Below, in pieces: positions 12,501-27,500 of a stretch of 64,000 nucleotides of DNA. The position numbers were made by a program, and so were the translations under genes. Each line of letters opens with the position of its first letter. Within the stretch, counting starts at the first letter, position 1. The stretch comes from Phoronis australis (Eukaryota > Animalia > Phoronida), in contig NMRA01000074.1 of assembly GCA_002633005.1 (NCBI GenBank), positions 206,187 to 270,186 of the forward strand. The letters run 5' to 3'. The notes below the pieces were generated by a model, which was not told the origin of the DNA, did no database searches, and was given only the letters and a program-made list of their open reading frames with translations.

Positions 12501-15500
12501 CGAACCCGACAGCTGTCCAGAGCTCTCATTCACGATATGACTGCTGACGTTGGTAGGTAAAGCCATATAAATTCTTTAAGGTTTTTTTTAAACCTTATTT
12601 AGTGGCCTCCATTCTAACTGGTATATGCAAAAAAAAACAAGCTTTGTCAAGTAGTAAATTACACATTTTCTGAAAGAAAAGATTAAGGATTTTAATTGTT
12701 TGGTGTTCATATGCTATTATTATTATTATTACATTAACACCACTTTTAAGTCGAAATTTCATTTTTAAGAAAGTTAAGTTCATACCAAAATAAGCCCTGG
12801 CTTGATTTTAATGAAACTTTTTTATATGAAAACTTCACCAGTTACCTCAAAAACTCTGTGAACACAAAGTCACAGGGGCACGTGGACTCAGAGCATTCGT
12901 TCTCAACAGTTGTACCTATGTTAAAGCAGAGGCACAACTCTCTCAGGATCAAAACTACGTTTTGTCTTTGTTTTTCTCAGCATCTTTCTCTCTTATGTAA
13001 TTCTCGTTGATTCAATATTATGGTGAATGAAAGAACTGAAGTACATGAGCACGTGGGAGCTGCTCTGTGCCTGGCGGGAAATTTGATTTGAGTGACAGCC
13101 CTGTTAAACTAACCTCAGATAAGTAGTAAACAAATTTCCACACGATTGTACGGTTCCAAGGTGGTTCTGCTAAATCTTTTTTCTTGCTACACGGTATACG
13201 TTTTGTATTTTGAAAGTCCCCTGGAATGAAGATAAGGTATTTTGCTAGGCAATTATGTGAAATATGTTGTAAAAATAGCTAATTTCTGGAAAAGGGTTTG
13301 GGATGTCCTTAATTTTTGCTATAAAACTCATTTGTGACTAGTATCTAAAAGTAAAAAGATTCTTCCAAGTACACTTACTTTAAAGTAAATGGCAAAAGAT
13401 TCTTCCAAGTACACGTACATTAAAGTAAATGGCAAAAGATTCTTCCAAGTACACGTACATTAAAGTAAATGGCAAATAATCATTGTTGTCTCAAAATGGC
13501 AGCTAATCCGAAAATGGCTCAAAAATAAAATTTCAAGTAGTGAGTTCGTGGTTTGCAGTTGATAAAACTTATTCATTTTGTCAATAGGAGCTAATTTATA
13601 TCCGTTATTTGGTGATCAAACAATTTGCAAGGTTGTGATGGATTTAAATTTGCTCTATTCAAGGGTCTTTTGCATTACTCATTGATTTAGGATTTTACAG
13701 CCTTACAGTGATTCTTTCTGACCACAAGAATTTTAAACCTGGCCAAATTTATGACGGTGCTAAGGTTAGTGCAGTCGAAAAAACAAAATGACAAGTGAAG
13801 TTCATTATATTTTGAAACGCAGTGCAAAAAACTTAGCAGAGAGTTGATTTTCTTGACCATCATAGATTGTTTGGTTGAGTTGTGGACAGAAGTAGGCATT
13901 GTGGCTGAAAGTTTAACAATTAGCTGTTATATTTATTCCGGCCAAAAGTGTAACCGGAGCACCCTCAAATGTTTAAGAGGGTTAATACCACCAGCCGTTT
14001 CACTTAAGCTATCCCTTTTTCCTCCAGCACGTCCTATCCATCTGGAGAGTGCAGTTGTAGCCACCACATCAGCTGTAAGAGATGATCTCATGCCAAAGGG
14101 TCGCCACCTTCCAGGGGTAGAAACCCATCACGCTAACAAAGAGATATTTGGTAGTCACCGGCAGAATAACACCCTCTTGGATGAGATACGGCAGGGACTG
14201 GCTACAGAAAAATTTATTGGTAGTGTTAAGGTAAAAGCATGGTGGAGCAAGTGCACTGATGCGATTGTAATGTTTGTGGATGTAACACTGTAAATTGAAC
14301 ATTGTTAGTTGAGTGTAAGGTTACTTGAAGTTTTGATATTTTGACTTTAGAACACAAAATTAATATAGCAGAAAAGAATTTTTCACTTTGCCATTTTTCT
14401 TGACGAAAAAAAATGTTGGACCAAAAATACTTTTTAAGGTCTAAAGATCTGTAATAGTTTTACAAATTTGACACTAAGACAAACAACTTATGTAACATTT
14501 TCACTGTCCTGTTCTTGTGTTTATTATTGCCAGGTCATGGTAGTACATGGTGTCCCATTTGGTTAAAGATCAAAGTTGAAGTAGACCAAAAAGCTCAAAT
14601 TTGTCCCATTTCTTTAGGGGTAATTAGATTATTAAGATAACAACTTTAATGGGCTATTATGAGCAGGAGCAAACTCAGCTTACTGTGTAATAAGGCATTG
14701 CATATTACTGACATTAGGCCCTGGCTACAAAGCTGTTGTTGTTGTAATCTAAAATATTTTTACTCAAGAATCACCAAATAAAATTTTATGGCCTGATGCA
14801 TCACAATTGTATTAAAGGGTATGTACAATACAACTTGTTGCCACAACCCACTTAAAGCAAAACATTCATAAGGTAGCTATTAATTTATTAATGAATTGAC
14901 AATTGAAGAAGTATGACATACAAGAGTAAGAAAAATCATTATCGTTCTGGTCAAGTTGTTCTAGATGATGATGCATTACATATCTTAACAGTATGATAAT
15001 TACTTTTTCTCTTCCAATATGATTGCTACAAAAAGAAAAGGATAAGTAGTTACTTTTTCAAAAACTTTATTGATGCTGTTTTCAATTCATTCACTTGTTG
15101 TTTGAAATAGTTTAGTTTAAGCAATGATGGATCCCGCAGTGTTCAACTTGTAAACAGTGAACAAATGATACTGGTCGGGGGGTACCTATACTATGTAATT
15201 ACGTACAATTAATCAAAGTCAAATTTTGTCTAAGTTACAAATGTCTCTCATGGTCTCGGATTTTGTGCTGTCACTATGTGTTGGTTTCCTGCAAGTTTTC
15301 TTGAGAGATAGAGCAACATCAGTCGTCACATGACGTGTCTTCTAGGGTGTTATTCAGGCTAAGTCCTGTGTGGCATTCTATTGCCCACAAATTTGATAAT
15401 ATCCATTGTATTTTTGTCAGACTGGATGTATTTAGAATGTCCAGTATTGTTCTTGAGAACTACAGTTAGTAATTGTAGGCAATATTTTATTGCACAGAGG

Positions 15501-18500
15501 TTGAAGGTACATTCACTGCACAGGGGTACCTACACTACATTTCAATGATATGTCAGGTTTATAACTGAATACTTAATAGAATCTACTGATAGTTAGTTCA
15601 TTAACCAAATGTATTCAAAGAGAATAAATAAAAAGTACAGCATCCATGTGCATGTCTGCCATTCTTTGAGAATTGGCACATGTTAAAATATAGGGGTTCG
15701 TACACTACACAAATGCTAATATTTCACTCACAACACGTAAGTAGTTGTAAAAACAAACCTAACCTAATATTTTTAAGGGACAAAACTGCCTGTGACCAAT
15801 GTTGCTCACTTACCAAGTAATAGTTTAGTTTCATGGTACTTGTTAACATGGGGGTAAAAGTACACTGCAAAAGGGGTACATGCACTACATCACTGTTTCT
15901 GCATCTCATGATTACATAACATAATTTTGTATGGCCATTTGTTTTTCTTTGATTATAGTAAGCACGATGTTGTGATTTAAAAAGTAATAATTTCATTTCC
16001 AATCATAATTTGTATTAATGAATTTCACTTGGGGGTATGTAAACTACATTTTTTAAGCCTTATCAGCCCCTTTTCAACATAGCAGAACCCAATTAATATC
16101 CAAACTTTTGGTTTGTTTAAAAATTGAATAATTTGCTGAGTTGCCTAGGCTAACATATTCTGCAGTTCTTTTATTATAGAGTGTTAGCTTTACTTTTTAA
16201 CCTTTTTTATAGTAAATGATGGTTAGAAACACAGAAATTAGAAATGACCCTACCATTTCTCAATGATTAAGCACACTGTGTGCACAATAAGCGATTTTGT
16301 AAGTAACGTGAGTTATTCCTAGTCATATCAAAACAATTGCTTAATAAAATAAATTTCTTTTCTGCTGTTGACACTTGAGAATTGTAATTTTTAAATGGCC
16401 ACTTTTAACACTAAAAATGCATGAAATTCAGAGACAAAAAATGCATAAATTTCTCAAACACTATCTGATTTTGATAAATTCTTTTTTATTTTTGCACAAC
16501 TAAGTAACTCTTTGCACATGAGATTCAGTTGGCAATTGATAGAAATGATCAAAAAAATTTATTTTAGCCCATAACACTGACAACTCTCGAATATGGACCG
16601 TGATTGTGATTTACCAATTAGCAAAATTACCGTGTTGAAGAATTTTATCATTTCATTTGTATTTGATTCTTGATCTTGCATGGTAGCCTTCATCAGCCAG
16701 TACAGAAAACTCCAGTATCATCTGCATCTCGATTTTTCTTCCAGGCTGGGGAGGTCCGTACACCAAAAGGGGATGAATTGGAGATTGTTCAGCTTCACCG
16801 ACTGTCTACTGGTTACAGAGCAGATGATATGCCAACATCGGTGCAGTACTCTAAGGAGCGTGAGAGGTTTAAGAAGCTGCAGAAGATCTATACTAAGGGC
16901 TTGCAGGATAAGAAGAGCAGTGGACTGAAATCATTGTTGGGTCCCTGCTTCAATACCTGTGCCAAGGTAGGGACATGCAGTTTTGTGATCAAGGCATTGG
17001 CTCAGGTCTGAGTGGTTCTGGTTAACTTCAGATGTCTTAGTTGGGTGACCCAGCTAAATTGACCGCAGTCAATCAAGAGCAGCCAATCTGAACACATAAG
17101 TCATTTTGCTTAATTAACCCCAGAAATGAGTAGTTGAGTTGTCCAAATATGTTGAATTTCAAGCATCCAGTTGTGCACAGCTAATACAGAGGCCAGCTTC
17201 AAAGCAAACCCGGGCACAGACGTGATTTTATTGACTTAATTAGTGTATGGTGTGATGGAAGTTTTCAATTCCACATGGCCATTCATGAAATTACAGATAT
17301 TTTACAACTTTGTGAACGGCTTATTTACAAGGGAAAATTTCTCCTATTTTAAATTTGCCTTATCGTGATTGGTGGTGATGTACCTTCAATACAAGTATAT
17401 GTGAATACTTGTACATAAGAAGATAAAAGTTGTAACATTCACACATTTATTTGCTTTCTGAATCTTATACCTAACTTTGCAACGATTGTTAGTAAAGACT
17501 TGTTTGATAACATGTTGAGATTTGACGTTATTTTTTTAGAAAAAAGAAATGCCAGGTGCTTCAGAAACTGTGAGTAACTGACAATATAACTGTTAGTAAT
17601 GAGAAACCTAATCTACAAGAATTTAAACTGAAGTCATATTAAAAATAGTGCTGGATTTTCACAGTTCGTGATTATGATCTTCTGCTTATCTTTGCATAAA
17701 TTCTGTTGGCTTCTCAGGTAGTTTATGAAGCTTGCATCCTCCTGTGGTTAACATTCAACAAAAAATGAAATTTTTATGTATATTTGATCTTTGAAATATA
17801 ACTACTGAATAGACAGTATAAGGGCCTAGAAGACACTTTCATGAAGTGGGAATGTCTTGAAATGTCCATACCATGAATATTGCGCTGAAAAGGAAGTCAC
17901 GCATTCATGTGGAGAATTTCTCGCTTACAGTGGTCACCACTGGGATTCTCTCAGCCCCAGACAACTTTTATGATGGCGATTCAGCATGCCCTTTGTATTG
18001 ATGTAGATCTGTGCTAATGAGGTAATAGCTAGCACTACTGTCTCAACAATGGTGGTTGTTAGTACACCCAAATTGGTTTTCTCTGGCATTTGTACAAAGT
18101 TATTGCCTGCAAGTGTGGAGAGTAACTTGGTACATTTTAAATATTACAAAATGACTAAAACATTTAATTTGTGTTTATCTTGACAAAGGGTAATTTCCCA
18201 AAGAAATGATGGTTTTAAATATGTTTCATACCCGTTTTCCTCATTTCATATTTAGTACTCATCCTGTTCATTTGTTTTTTTCGTACCGAGAACGGGTTGA
18301 TATTGTTTATTTTATTTTTGAACTTACTGTGGTAAATTTTGATAGCCAGTAAAACTCGATTAGTTTAATTGTGAACCCATTCCTGAACTTTCCAGATTAC
18401 AGGTACACTAAACATTTCACAACAAACAAAACTACACGTGTTGTTAGTTCAAGTTTAATCATTACTAGAACTCAAACATAAAATATTTACAGAAGTGCAA

Positions 18501-21500
18501 CTATGGTGATAACCAAACTGAAGATTTGGAATCTCTGGACAATTTTGGTTGCACTGTCCACTAGCTTTTTGTCACTCATAAAAATGAAGAGTGGGCACAA
18601 GTTAAGTACTTTACTGTTTCCTAGTCAAAAATCTGGTTAAACAAGACTGGTAGAACATTAAAAGAATAATCCATGTTATGTTGTAAACTGTGAACAGCGT
18701 TTGTAAATCCATCAAGAATCATCAGTAATACCCAATGTTTGTGATTAATGTTCAGCGATTTTTAAAAATCGAAAACCACACTTGGTTGCTTTTTCCATCT
18801 GAATACCGCCATGGTGTTAGTTCTTAACGGAAAATTGTTTGTTAATGTTTTTTGAAAATTCACCAGTATGTACAGGCAGAGATGTTTACTACAGTTTATG
18901 GTCGGGTAATTACACGTAATTGGGTCTTGCTCGCACAGCGGACAATGCGATCATCACAACTGTATCTGACTCGGGCGCCACACTCTCTAAATTGATCCTA
19001 GTAAAAGCCGCTCAGAAGGACGAGCGGTGAAAATTCCCAAATATCTCAGTGCCTGACTTCCTCGTAAGCGTATTATTCACAGTATGTTTCTAAAGAGTGC
19101 ACAAAGTATAGTTCAAACATATCAGTACCTTGGTCCTTTCCAGGAAAACTGACTAATAGCTAAGACAAGTGTTAAATTTCAGTTAATTTTAAGATAAATT
19201 AATTTTGTCCCAAGTTCGCTTCAAGAAAGAGATGTCAGGTTTTTGATATCTGTAAGTTTTGTCTTGGGTAATTTTGACTAACTTACCGCATGTGTAAGTT
19301 TCCAAGTTTGGAAGTTAACACTTTGACAATTGTAAGGTTAAACATTAGGCAAATCTTGCCCTATTATAATTGGAATTGCACCAAGAAAACCTGCACTGTT
19401 TACCCCAAAGTATCCAGCATATTCCTCAGCACATAAAGCTTGACAACCTACTGACAGATTGATTGGCCTGGCTGAATGTGTACAGGATGAGATAATTGTG
19501 TTTGTAAACCAATGCATCTGTTTAGCAAAGTGTACCAGTAGTCAAAAACGAACAGTAAGTTAAAGGCAAACAGCGATTATGATTGGTTTTAAAATTGAAG
19601 AAAGGAAATAGTAGCCATTAACCTATATAGGACCTTAACAGAACTATATAATACTGATAAACCAGTCAGTGGTGTTGGCTTTGGCCCAGGGATACTCAAA
19701 GGCTCCATGCTATGAACATTCCCACTAAATAAAATTGGTTCTAACCCCAGTGGTTAAGGTAAACGGCGGGGTATGGAAAATTGAACTAGACCGTATTTAT
19801 CCACCTTGGCTGAGTCGCACTCGGCTCACGATCAAAGGGATGCCGCCAGGCTGCTCTAGTCATCGAGTCACGAGCGAGGATAATTGGCTTCGCTCATGCG
19901 GATATGATCAGCTGATTACAGTCTAGCTAGCAGACTGTACTTTTTATGGTGAGAGTTTTACGTAGTTTTTACTGTAATATTTGAAAAGAGGAGCGAAAAC
20001 AAATATGAGTACAACTTTGAATTTTTCAAATCGGCCCAGGATAAGAGATTTTGCAACACAGCAACACTCACGATTACTTTCATTCGGCGCGCACTAATAC
20101 AAAAATATAGGACCCAAGTTATTTAGATTTTGGAACACATNNNNNNNNNNNNNNNNNNNNNNNNNNNNNNNNNNNNNNNNNNNNNNNNNNNNNNNNNNNN
20201 NNNNNNNNNNNNNNNNNNNNNNNNNNNNNNNNNNNNNNNNNNNNNNNNNNNNNNNNNNNNNNNNNNNNNNNNNNNNNNNNNNNNNNNNNNNNNNNNNNNN
20301 NNNNNNNNNNNNNNNNNNNNNNNNNNNNNNNNNNNNNNNNNNNNNNNNNNNNNNNNNNNNNNNNNNNNNNNNNNNNNNNNNNNNNNNNNNNNNNNNNNNN
20401 NNNNNNNNNNNNNNNNNNNNNNNNNNNNNNNNNNNNNNNNNNNNNNNNNNNNNNNNNNNNNNNNNNNNNNNNNNNNNNNNNNNNNNNNNNNNNNNNNNNN
20501 NNNNNNNNNNNNNNNNNNNNNNNNNNNNNNNNNNNNNNNNNNNNNNNNNNNNNNNNNNNNNNNNNNNNNNNNNNNNNNNNNNTTTTATGGCCTGGTCATC
20601 CATTCAGCCAAAAGTAGTTCCAGAGGTGGCTTATCAGCCAATTATTCACGCATGCTGACTCACAATAGAAGCCTGATAAGAGTGAAGGTGGATAAATGCG
20701 GTGTTCCTACAGTTTCTTGTTTTAGTGGATGTGTTCAGGACATGTCTGTCAGTGTTGCAGTACACAAACATATGACATCACCAGTAGTAACACAAAGAAG
20801 AACTTACCCTCTGGCATCTTTTATAATGTTTAGTAAAACTAGAGCATTTCATGCATGGTCAGATCTTCAGTGAAAGTTGACCAGAAGTAGCTTTTGATGA
20901 CCGCAGAACTTCAATTGCATTTATCTATAAACTCCGTTATTTGATATTGCTCAGGTTGCGATATGCTAAAGTATATTTCTCAAAGTTCAAAAAAATAAAC
21001 TATAATAGTTTTATGCATACCTTGTAATTGATTAGTGTGTCTTGAACAAAGTATAATTGCAGGCTGTCTGATTCATGTTGCACCAGACATACGCAGGCCG
21101 CTCAGGTGGACCCAAAATTGGTCACCTGGAACTATTATTATGCTATAGTTTATAGCGAATTGAGGAGCTATATAAAGATTTGACTGATGGGTCTAGCAGT
21201 TTATGCCCCAGACAGGCACTCGAACTACGACCTTGAGTAAATTAAAAAGAAATTAAGCGCTACACTATTTTATTAGGTCACACTGCCTCTTTTTTTGTCT
21301 TAGTTCTTTGGAAAGGCATTTCAAAAAATGGAGTTTTAGAAAACTAAAAGATATTCCACCCTTATTTTAAAACGGCAATACACTCAATTTCTGTCAAAAG
21401 ATTTAGGACACTTGGCACAATAAATCTAAACTTGTTTCTTGCTCAGATTCAGAGACTTAAGTCTTATGGCTTATTTGGCAACAACTGACAGTTTGATGTT

Positions 21501-24500
21501 GCTTGAGGTCTGCAACTTGGCTCAAAAGGTTGGCTTGTCACAGCGTACTGCCATTGTTTGCATTAATGTGCATGGCCTTGAGCGCACTACCATAGTGAAG
21601 AGTCATTCCTAATCTGAGCAAGGAACAAGTTGAAACCAATTCTGGTGCAGAGTTAATTAAAAACGATACATTAATTGTAACTTCTTTCTGGTGCAGAGAG
21701 GCACTTCTGCTGAAATATACCAAGTTGAAACCATGTATAGCGAATTGTGATCTAGTAAAATGATTTTTGACAAGACAGGTGCTTTGAAAATAGCATGAAT
21801 AACTCAAAAAATACTCTTGTTCTTTTCTAGTTTTGAATCATGTCAGGATGTGTTGTAATTTTACACATTTTAAGAAAAAATAGCCTTTGTGTCTCCATGA
21901 CAGCAAATGTTTTGAGACATACGGAGTTTGTTTAAAAGCTACTTCACTGACAAATTTGGTTGAAATTCGTATGGGAAGCCAAATGCCCAGAGAAGTTATT
22001 ATTCAGTCTATATCTGGTGAGTGTCTATACTTTTGTTCCTTTAGGTGACATCACCGACCGTACCAACGCCATCTTCACTGGTCATGCAAGAACAAATGAC
22101 TGCAACTACTTCAGCATTTCCTGACCAGCCCATTAAAGCTCCAGTCAAAGAACGGGCAAAACATCATAGACAATCTTCCTTTGAAAACATAGGACCTGAC
22201 AGCATGGCTGTACTTGAGAGAATGCATGAAGACAAGGATGAAGAAGTGAGGTTTTAAGAAGGGAATATTTTTTGTCTTTTATGAAAAGGCAAAGCTTAGA
22301 AAATGTTGAGTTCACTGGACACGCGTTTTAACTGGGAGACCTTATATTGGGTTAGTGCTTCTGAGGTCTTGGATTAATCTCATCTGTTAGTTGTGTATTC
22401 AAGCTGAGAAACTTGGCATGTCACATACTTTGACACTGACCTGGGAATTAGTTCAGCCTTATAAACTAAAGACTGGCAGCAGCTAGCTAGTATATGCATG
22501 AACAGCTAACAATGTTTGAGTTTCTGGGACTTGGTGTTGGCATTCTGATATCTGTAGATACATTCAAGGCACTGTTCTGTCCAGCCAAGTTTACCTACTT
22601 CATTTGGCGGTGAGTTCAGAGGATGTACTACAGAATGTCACAAATAGCACACAGGAGGTGGGGAAGGGTTTTGAAACAGTGACCATGGGAAAATGAAATA
22701 AATACCATCCATGTTTCAAACAAGTTGCTATGATCCACATGTGTATAGTCATTTTTAGGGTGTGAATGTATACTTATAAAGTAACTGTTAAATTACGACT
22801 GGCCCTCATGCCAAACGTTGGTAGAAAATGAGTAAACATACATGCGCGAATGCAAACATCCCTTTAGGGCTGTGAGAATACAAAAACATCCGTTGGCTTT
22901 ATGTACTTTATAATTATGTTGTACAAGAGGGGCCTAGGCGACAGAGATGAAATGTACTTTCTTTCATTCACGGACATTTTGATAAGTTAGACATTTTTGT
23001 ATGAACCCTTTGAACATCAACTGCACAACAGTCGGGTATTGACGGCATGATGGTCGCAAAGATCGAGTTATAAAAATGCTTTGGAAGATGTCCTTGCATC
23101 AAATCGATACGGAAATGAAACATGCTGTCCACCAACTACTTGGCTTTCTCCATCGAGTGACATATGCATGTCACTGCTATATGTTGGCTGTTCTTTTTCC
23201 AAAATTACAAAAATGGTTCCATGCAGCAGCACATCCCCACTTCCAAACTCTGTGTCAGTTCATTTTCGTGTTTCATTTATTTTGTCGTTTTTACAGCCGA
23301 GCTTTATGGAGACTGCATTAACAGGAGAAGAAACGGACTTGCAGCTTCAAGTATGACGATTAAATTTGCAGTGAATTCCCTCAGCTCCATTTGATAGACC
23401 TGCAGACGGAGCTAATTGCCATGGTTTCACTGTGCATGGTTACTGTGTTGGAACAGTAAAATTTATCTGTTACGCACCCCCCCCCCACACTGTGGAATTA
23501 GTATCCAGCACTGTGGAATGAGTATCTGGACTGCCTTCTTGGACCAGTGGGGATACTGTGAGCCCTGTGCAGTTTGACAGTGGCAAACCAATGTTTACAC
23601 AGTCCAGCTCTCTTATTGTCTGCTTTCATATGATAAGCTCACATAATCCAGCAATTATGTTGTAAACAATGTGCCTGACCAGAACTGATTTAAAAATACT
23701 ATTTGCAAACAACTTTCAACAAATGTTGTGAAGCAGAGGTGTTCTGTATGAAGTACTTTCACCAAAAAGCTTCGAATGGCGAAAAAACAGTTGACTCAGA
23801 GAAATTAGACTTGACTTTCTCCTGTTGATTCTTTGTGTGACAGTATAAGCTCTTACCAGCTTAACCACAGTATTGTGTACCAACACAAAAGGCTTGCTTG
23901 ACTAGTTTAATGGAGCTTGATTCTTAAGATTAGATCAGTGGTTGTGGAAATTTGTTGATTTTACACTCCAGAGAATGGTACATAGGTAATGCTGTTTAGT
24001 TGTTACAAGCTAGTTACCAGGAATAACTTCTAAATTATGACTTTCATTTCAAGAAAGGCATTGATCATTAAGTAACAAGTCTAATTACAAAATTGTGTAA
24101 ACTTAATAATTCTTTATTTTCATTCATTGCCATAACTGACACTTTTCTCTTATTAAAAGTCTAACTAAACTAGTAATTGCACGCTAATTAACGTCACTTG
24201 AAAGTCGATGTTAATTACCAACTTAATCATGGACTGCAGTCCGTTTAATTCTGATTAAAGATAATTATCAGATTTTCAATATGCATGGGAAATTATCCGT
24301 GTCACTGTTAGCTGGTAGTTGAGTGTAACACTGAGTTTTTTGACGGTATATCATGACATAGACATGTATTCCTCTGAATGTCGTCAATCACATCCTAGTT
24401 CTACATACATCGTAGTAATATTCTGATTTCAAAGTTGTTTCATTCACATAGCCTGCCTGTGTCCGACTGTGATGTCTACCAGTGACAAAAACTCAGCTAA

Positions 24501-27500
24501 GTCAATCATCACTGTATGGTTCCCATTTTAAATTATTGAATGACATCAATGAAAACCATCGCAGAGAACTAAGTGTTAACTTTTTAGTCATCTTCAAAAA
24601 TTGCAACATTTTTGTCCATGACAACCGTGGATCTAGCTCTAAATGGTGAAAGGGGCGTCCAAGTAAAATAAGAGTTTCTGAAGAGAATTCTATAACGCAA
24701 ACAATAAGTAGTAAACTGGTAATGAAAGAAGTGCCGTGGTCTGTGTGTTCAGTCAGTCAACGCAATGGAAAAGTAGTCTATTTTTCCCATGGTTTTTGTT
24801 TTCTGCTTTGACTAAATAAGGGACAATCTTGACCCCCTGCCCCCCCCCCCCAGTTAGCAAAACATAAGCCATGTACTGTAGGTTTGTCGTGTAAGAGCTG
24901 CATTTCACATGTGAGTAACTTTTGTGACTGTCATAATGTAGACTTTGCATGCCGAGGTTTGACTGACATGAGTGGAATGGCCAGTTCTTCACTTTCAGAC
25001 AAGAATAGACGTCTAATTTTTGTTTTTCAAAGGCTGGTTGTGGTGCTACATATAATTAAAATTTTGCAAGATGTCATTGTATGATAGATGTTAGCGGTGC
25101 CCTACCAGCCTTGTAGTGAATGAACCAGAATTATCTTTTAGCAACTGAATAATGAAATTCTATGTTTTCTGTTATGTGTCCTTAATTGGTAAAAACTTAC
25201 TGTTCAATGAAAACTATGTCAATCAACTTCACACAATTGCTTTTTAGAATGAGGAGTTGGCAAAGAAAGGACTTAAGCCACTTCCTCCCGGAGCAGATCC
25301 AAAAGATTTTGCTTACAGAAAAGAAGCCCTGGATTATTACAGAGAATTCATTGAGGCAAGCATTTAGTCAGTTGCATCAAATTTTCTTCATGAAGTTATC
25401 ACCAACACCATGGCAAGTTTCATGAAAAAAGTTATGTAAGTCTGTTTCCCTGGTGAGTAGCAGACTTTGTTTTGTTTTCATTATAGTGATCAAGTACTTT
25501 ATTAACTAGTCTGCATAGTTCTTCAAATAGCTAAACAACTGTAAACTTTAAGTTTAATCAGTTAAAGTACATATTTTTTTGAATGCATAAAGTCTAGAAT
25601 ATAATTTTTGACTTTTTACTAACCCGCCATTGCCATTAACTGTGTCTCATAACCATATTGTTTTATTAAAAATTACATGATCAAAATTTGATTTGCCAAA
25701 TCTTCAAGATGACTTCAAAAAACACTATAATGTGATTACATTTTTTTCATAAAAATCCTAAAAACTCTATCTGACAGTCCCTCATGCAAAAGTGGGAGAT
25801 TTAAGAAATAATTCCAGACAATGTATTGGAGAATAGTGTGTAGAGCATAGTGACTAAAAGTTTTGTATAAATCTTATAAACTGTTTGCATGAGACATGAT
25901 GTTCTAGTAGACATCCTACATAGCCTTGATGTAATGTAATGTTTATTACACTGCCCAGGCAACTATGGTAAAACTTCACATCTAAAAGTAAAAGCTTATC
26001 TGTGAAGACAAAATTTTCAGTTACCTCCAGGCTAGACAGTACTGTCTGACCACACATGAGTAAACAAGGGCTTGTGAACAGTAACTGGATATCCACTCTA
26101 CAACCTTTGTGGTGTAAATTAGGGTAATAGCTTAATGCTACTGAATTCAATGTGTTATTGTGATCATTCAGTCAGAGATCAGAATTTGACTGCCTTTTAA
26201 TTCCCAACACAAGTACACTTTTATTATGATGGATGTTCACAGCCTATGGTAAAATCTCACCAATTTAGAACACAAGGTGTTATTAGAAGCCCTCAAAAAA
26301 TGAAAAACGATTAATTTTGAAAATTATTTCTGTGACGGACACATGTCCCGCTGATAAATAGCGAGAAACGTGCCATTACAAGCTAGTTGCCATAGATGAA
26401 AAGGAGACCATAGCTTGGCAAAAAATTTTTTGTAATTTTGACAAAATAGTATTACAAGTGGTTGTATGAGAATCATTATACAATAGATGAAATGTCTTGG
26501 AAGATGGACAATAACAAGTACAACACAAAGGAACAAGAAACTATGACAATTTTCCGCTTGTTTTGCTCACAAAATAGTTGTCAAAATCATCATTTTTCCA
26601 TTTTTCAAAGGCTAATTACTTAACTGCAAGTAATGGGGAAAATGTACCAAAAGTTGTTTTAATGATATCTACACAGTACAAACCATGCTTGTTAAATGCA
26701 ACATTTTTCTTAATCTATATTTTATGTTGTAGAAAAAATTGAAAAAATGGAATTTCACTTGCTGGTCATATTGTGTGCTGATTAAGTACATACATGTGTA
26801 GTGTAGCGAGTTAGGGATGGGAAAAATTGAAGAGATGCATCTGTGTTGCCAACAGAAAGAAATCCAACTGAAAACATGCGAGTTTACATAACGAAGGAAA
26901 TTTCAAAGAACCATTGATTATCATCAGCCTTTAGGATCCCTGAGCTGACCATCTTGTGGTATGTGTAACATTGTGGACCAATAAGAAGGCTGGAAATAGA
27001 TGTTCTAGGAGGATGCATGTAACTCATGTAACCCATGTAACCCCCCCCCCACCACCACCACCACCACCACTTTGACACAAAGGAATTAGTAGAGTGATTC
27101 ATAAAGGTGAAAAAACGGGTACGTGTGGTAAGGCAATTCCATTATGTTTTTTTTTCAAAATTGGTGAGGTTTTACCAGTTTGTTGCTCATGGGTGCACAA
27201 AACTGCTCAAGCTCTTTCCAATGTCATCCAGTTAGAGACAAGTAAAGGGCAAATGTTTTTCATTGGTTATTTGATAAACATTGAAGTTCTCATACTTTAA
27301 AATTAGTAATTTCTTCTGTTGTTGCAGCTGACCATAGTTCACTTGAAGGTCATTGAGTGGTTGGATTTCAGTCAAACTTAAACTCTTTACTTTTCACCAA
27401 AATCTGGGAAGCATTCCATAGACCACGTTTCTTGCAAGAAAAACAAGATCAGTGAACATCACGTGAATGAAAAGCGAGTGTTTCGCAAGTAGCCCATATC

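Noticed and set aside
20094-20873. Long ORFs of 169 and 247 aa
   Set aside because: Artefacts of translating through the N gap
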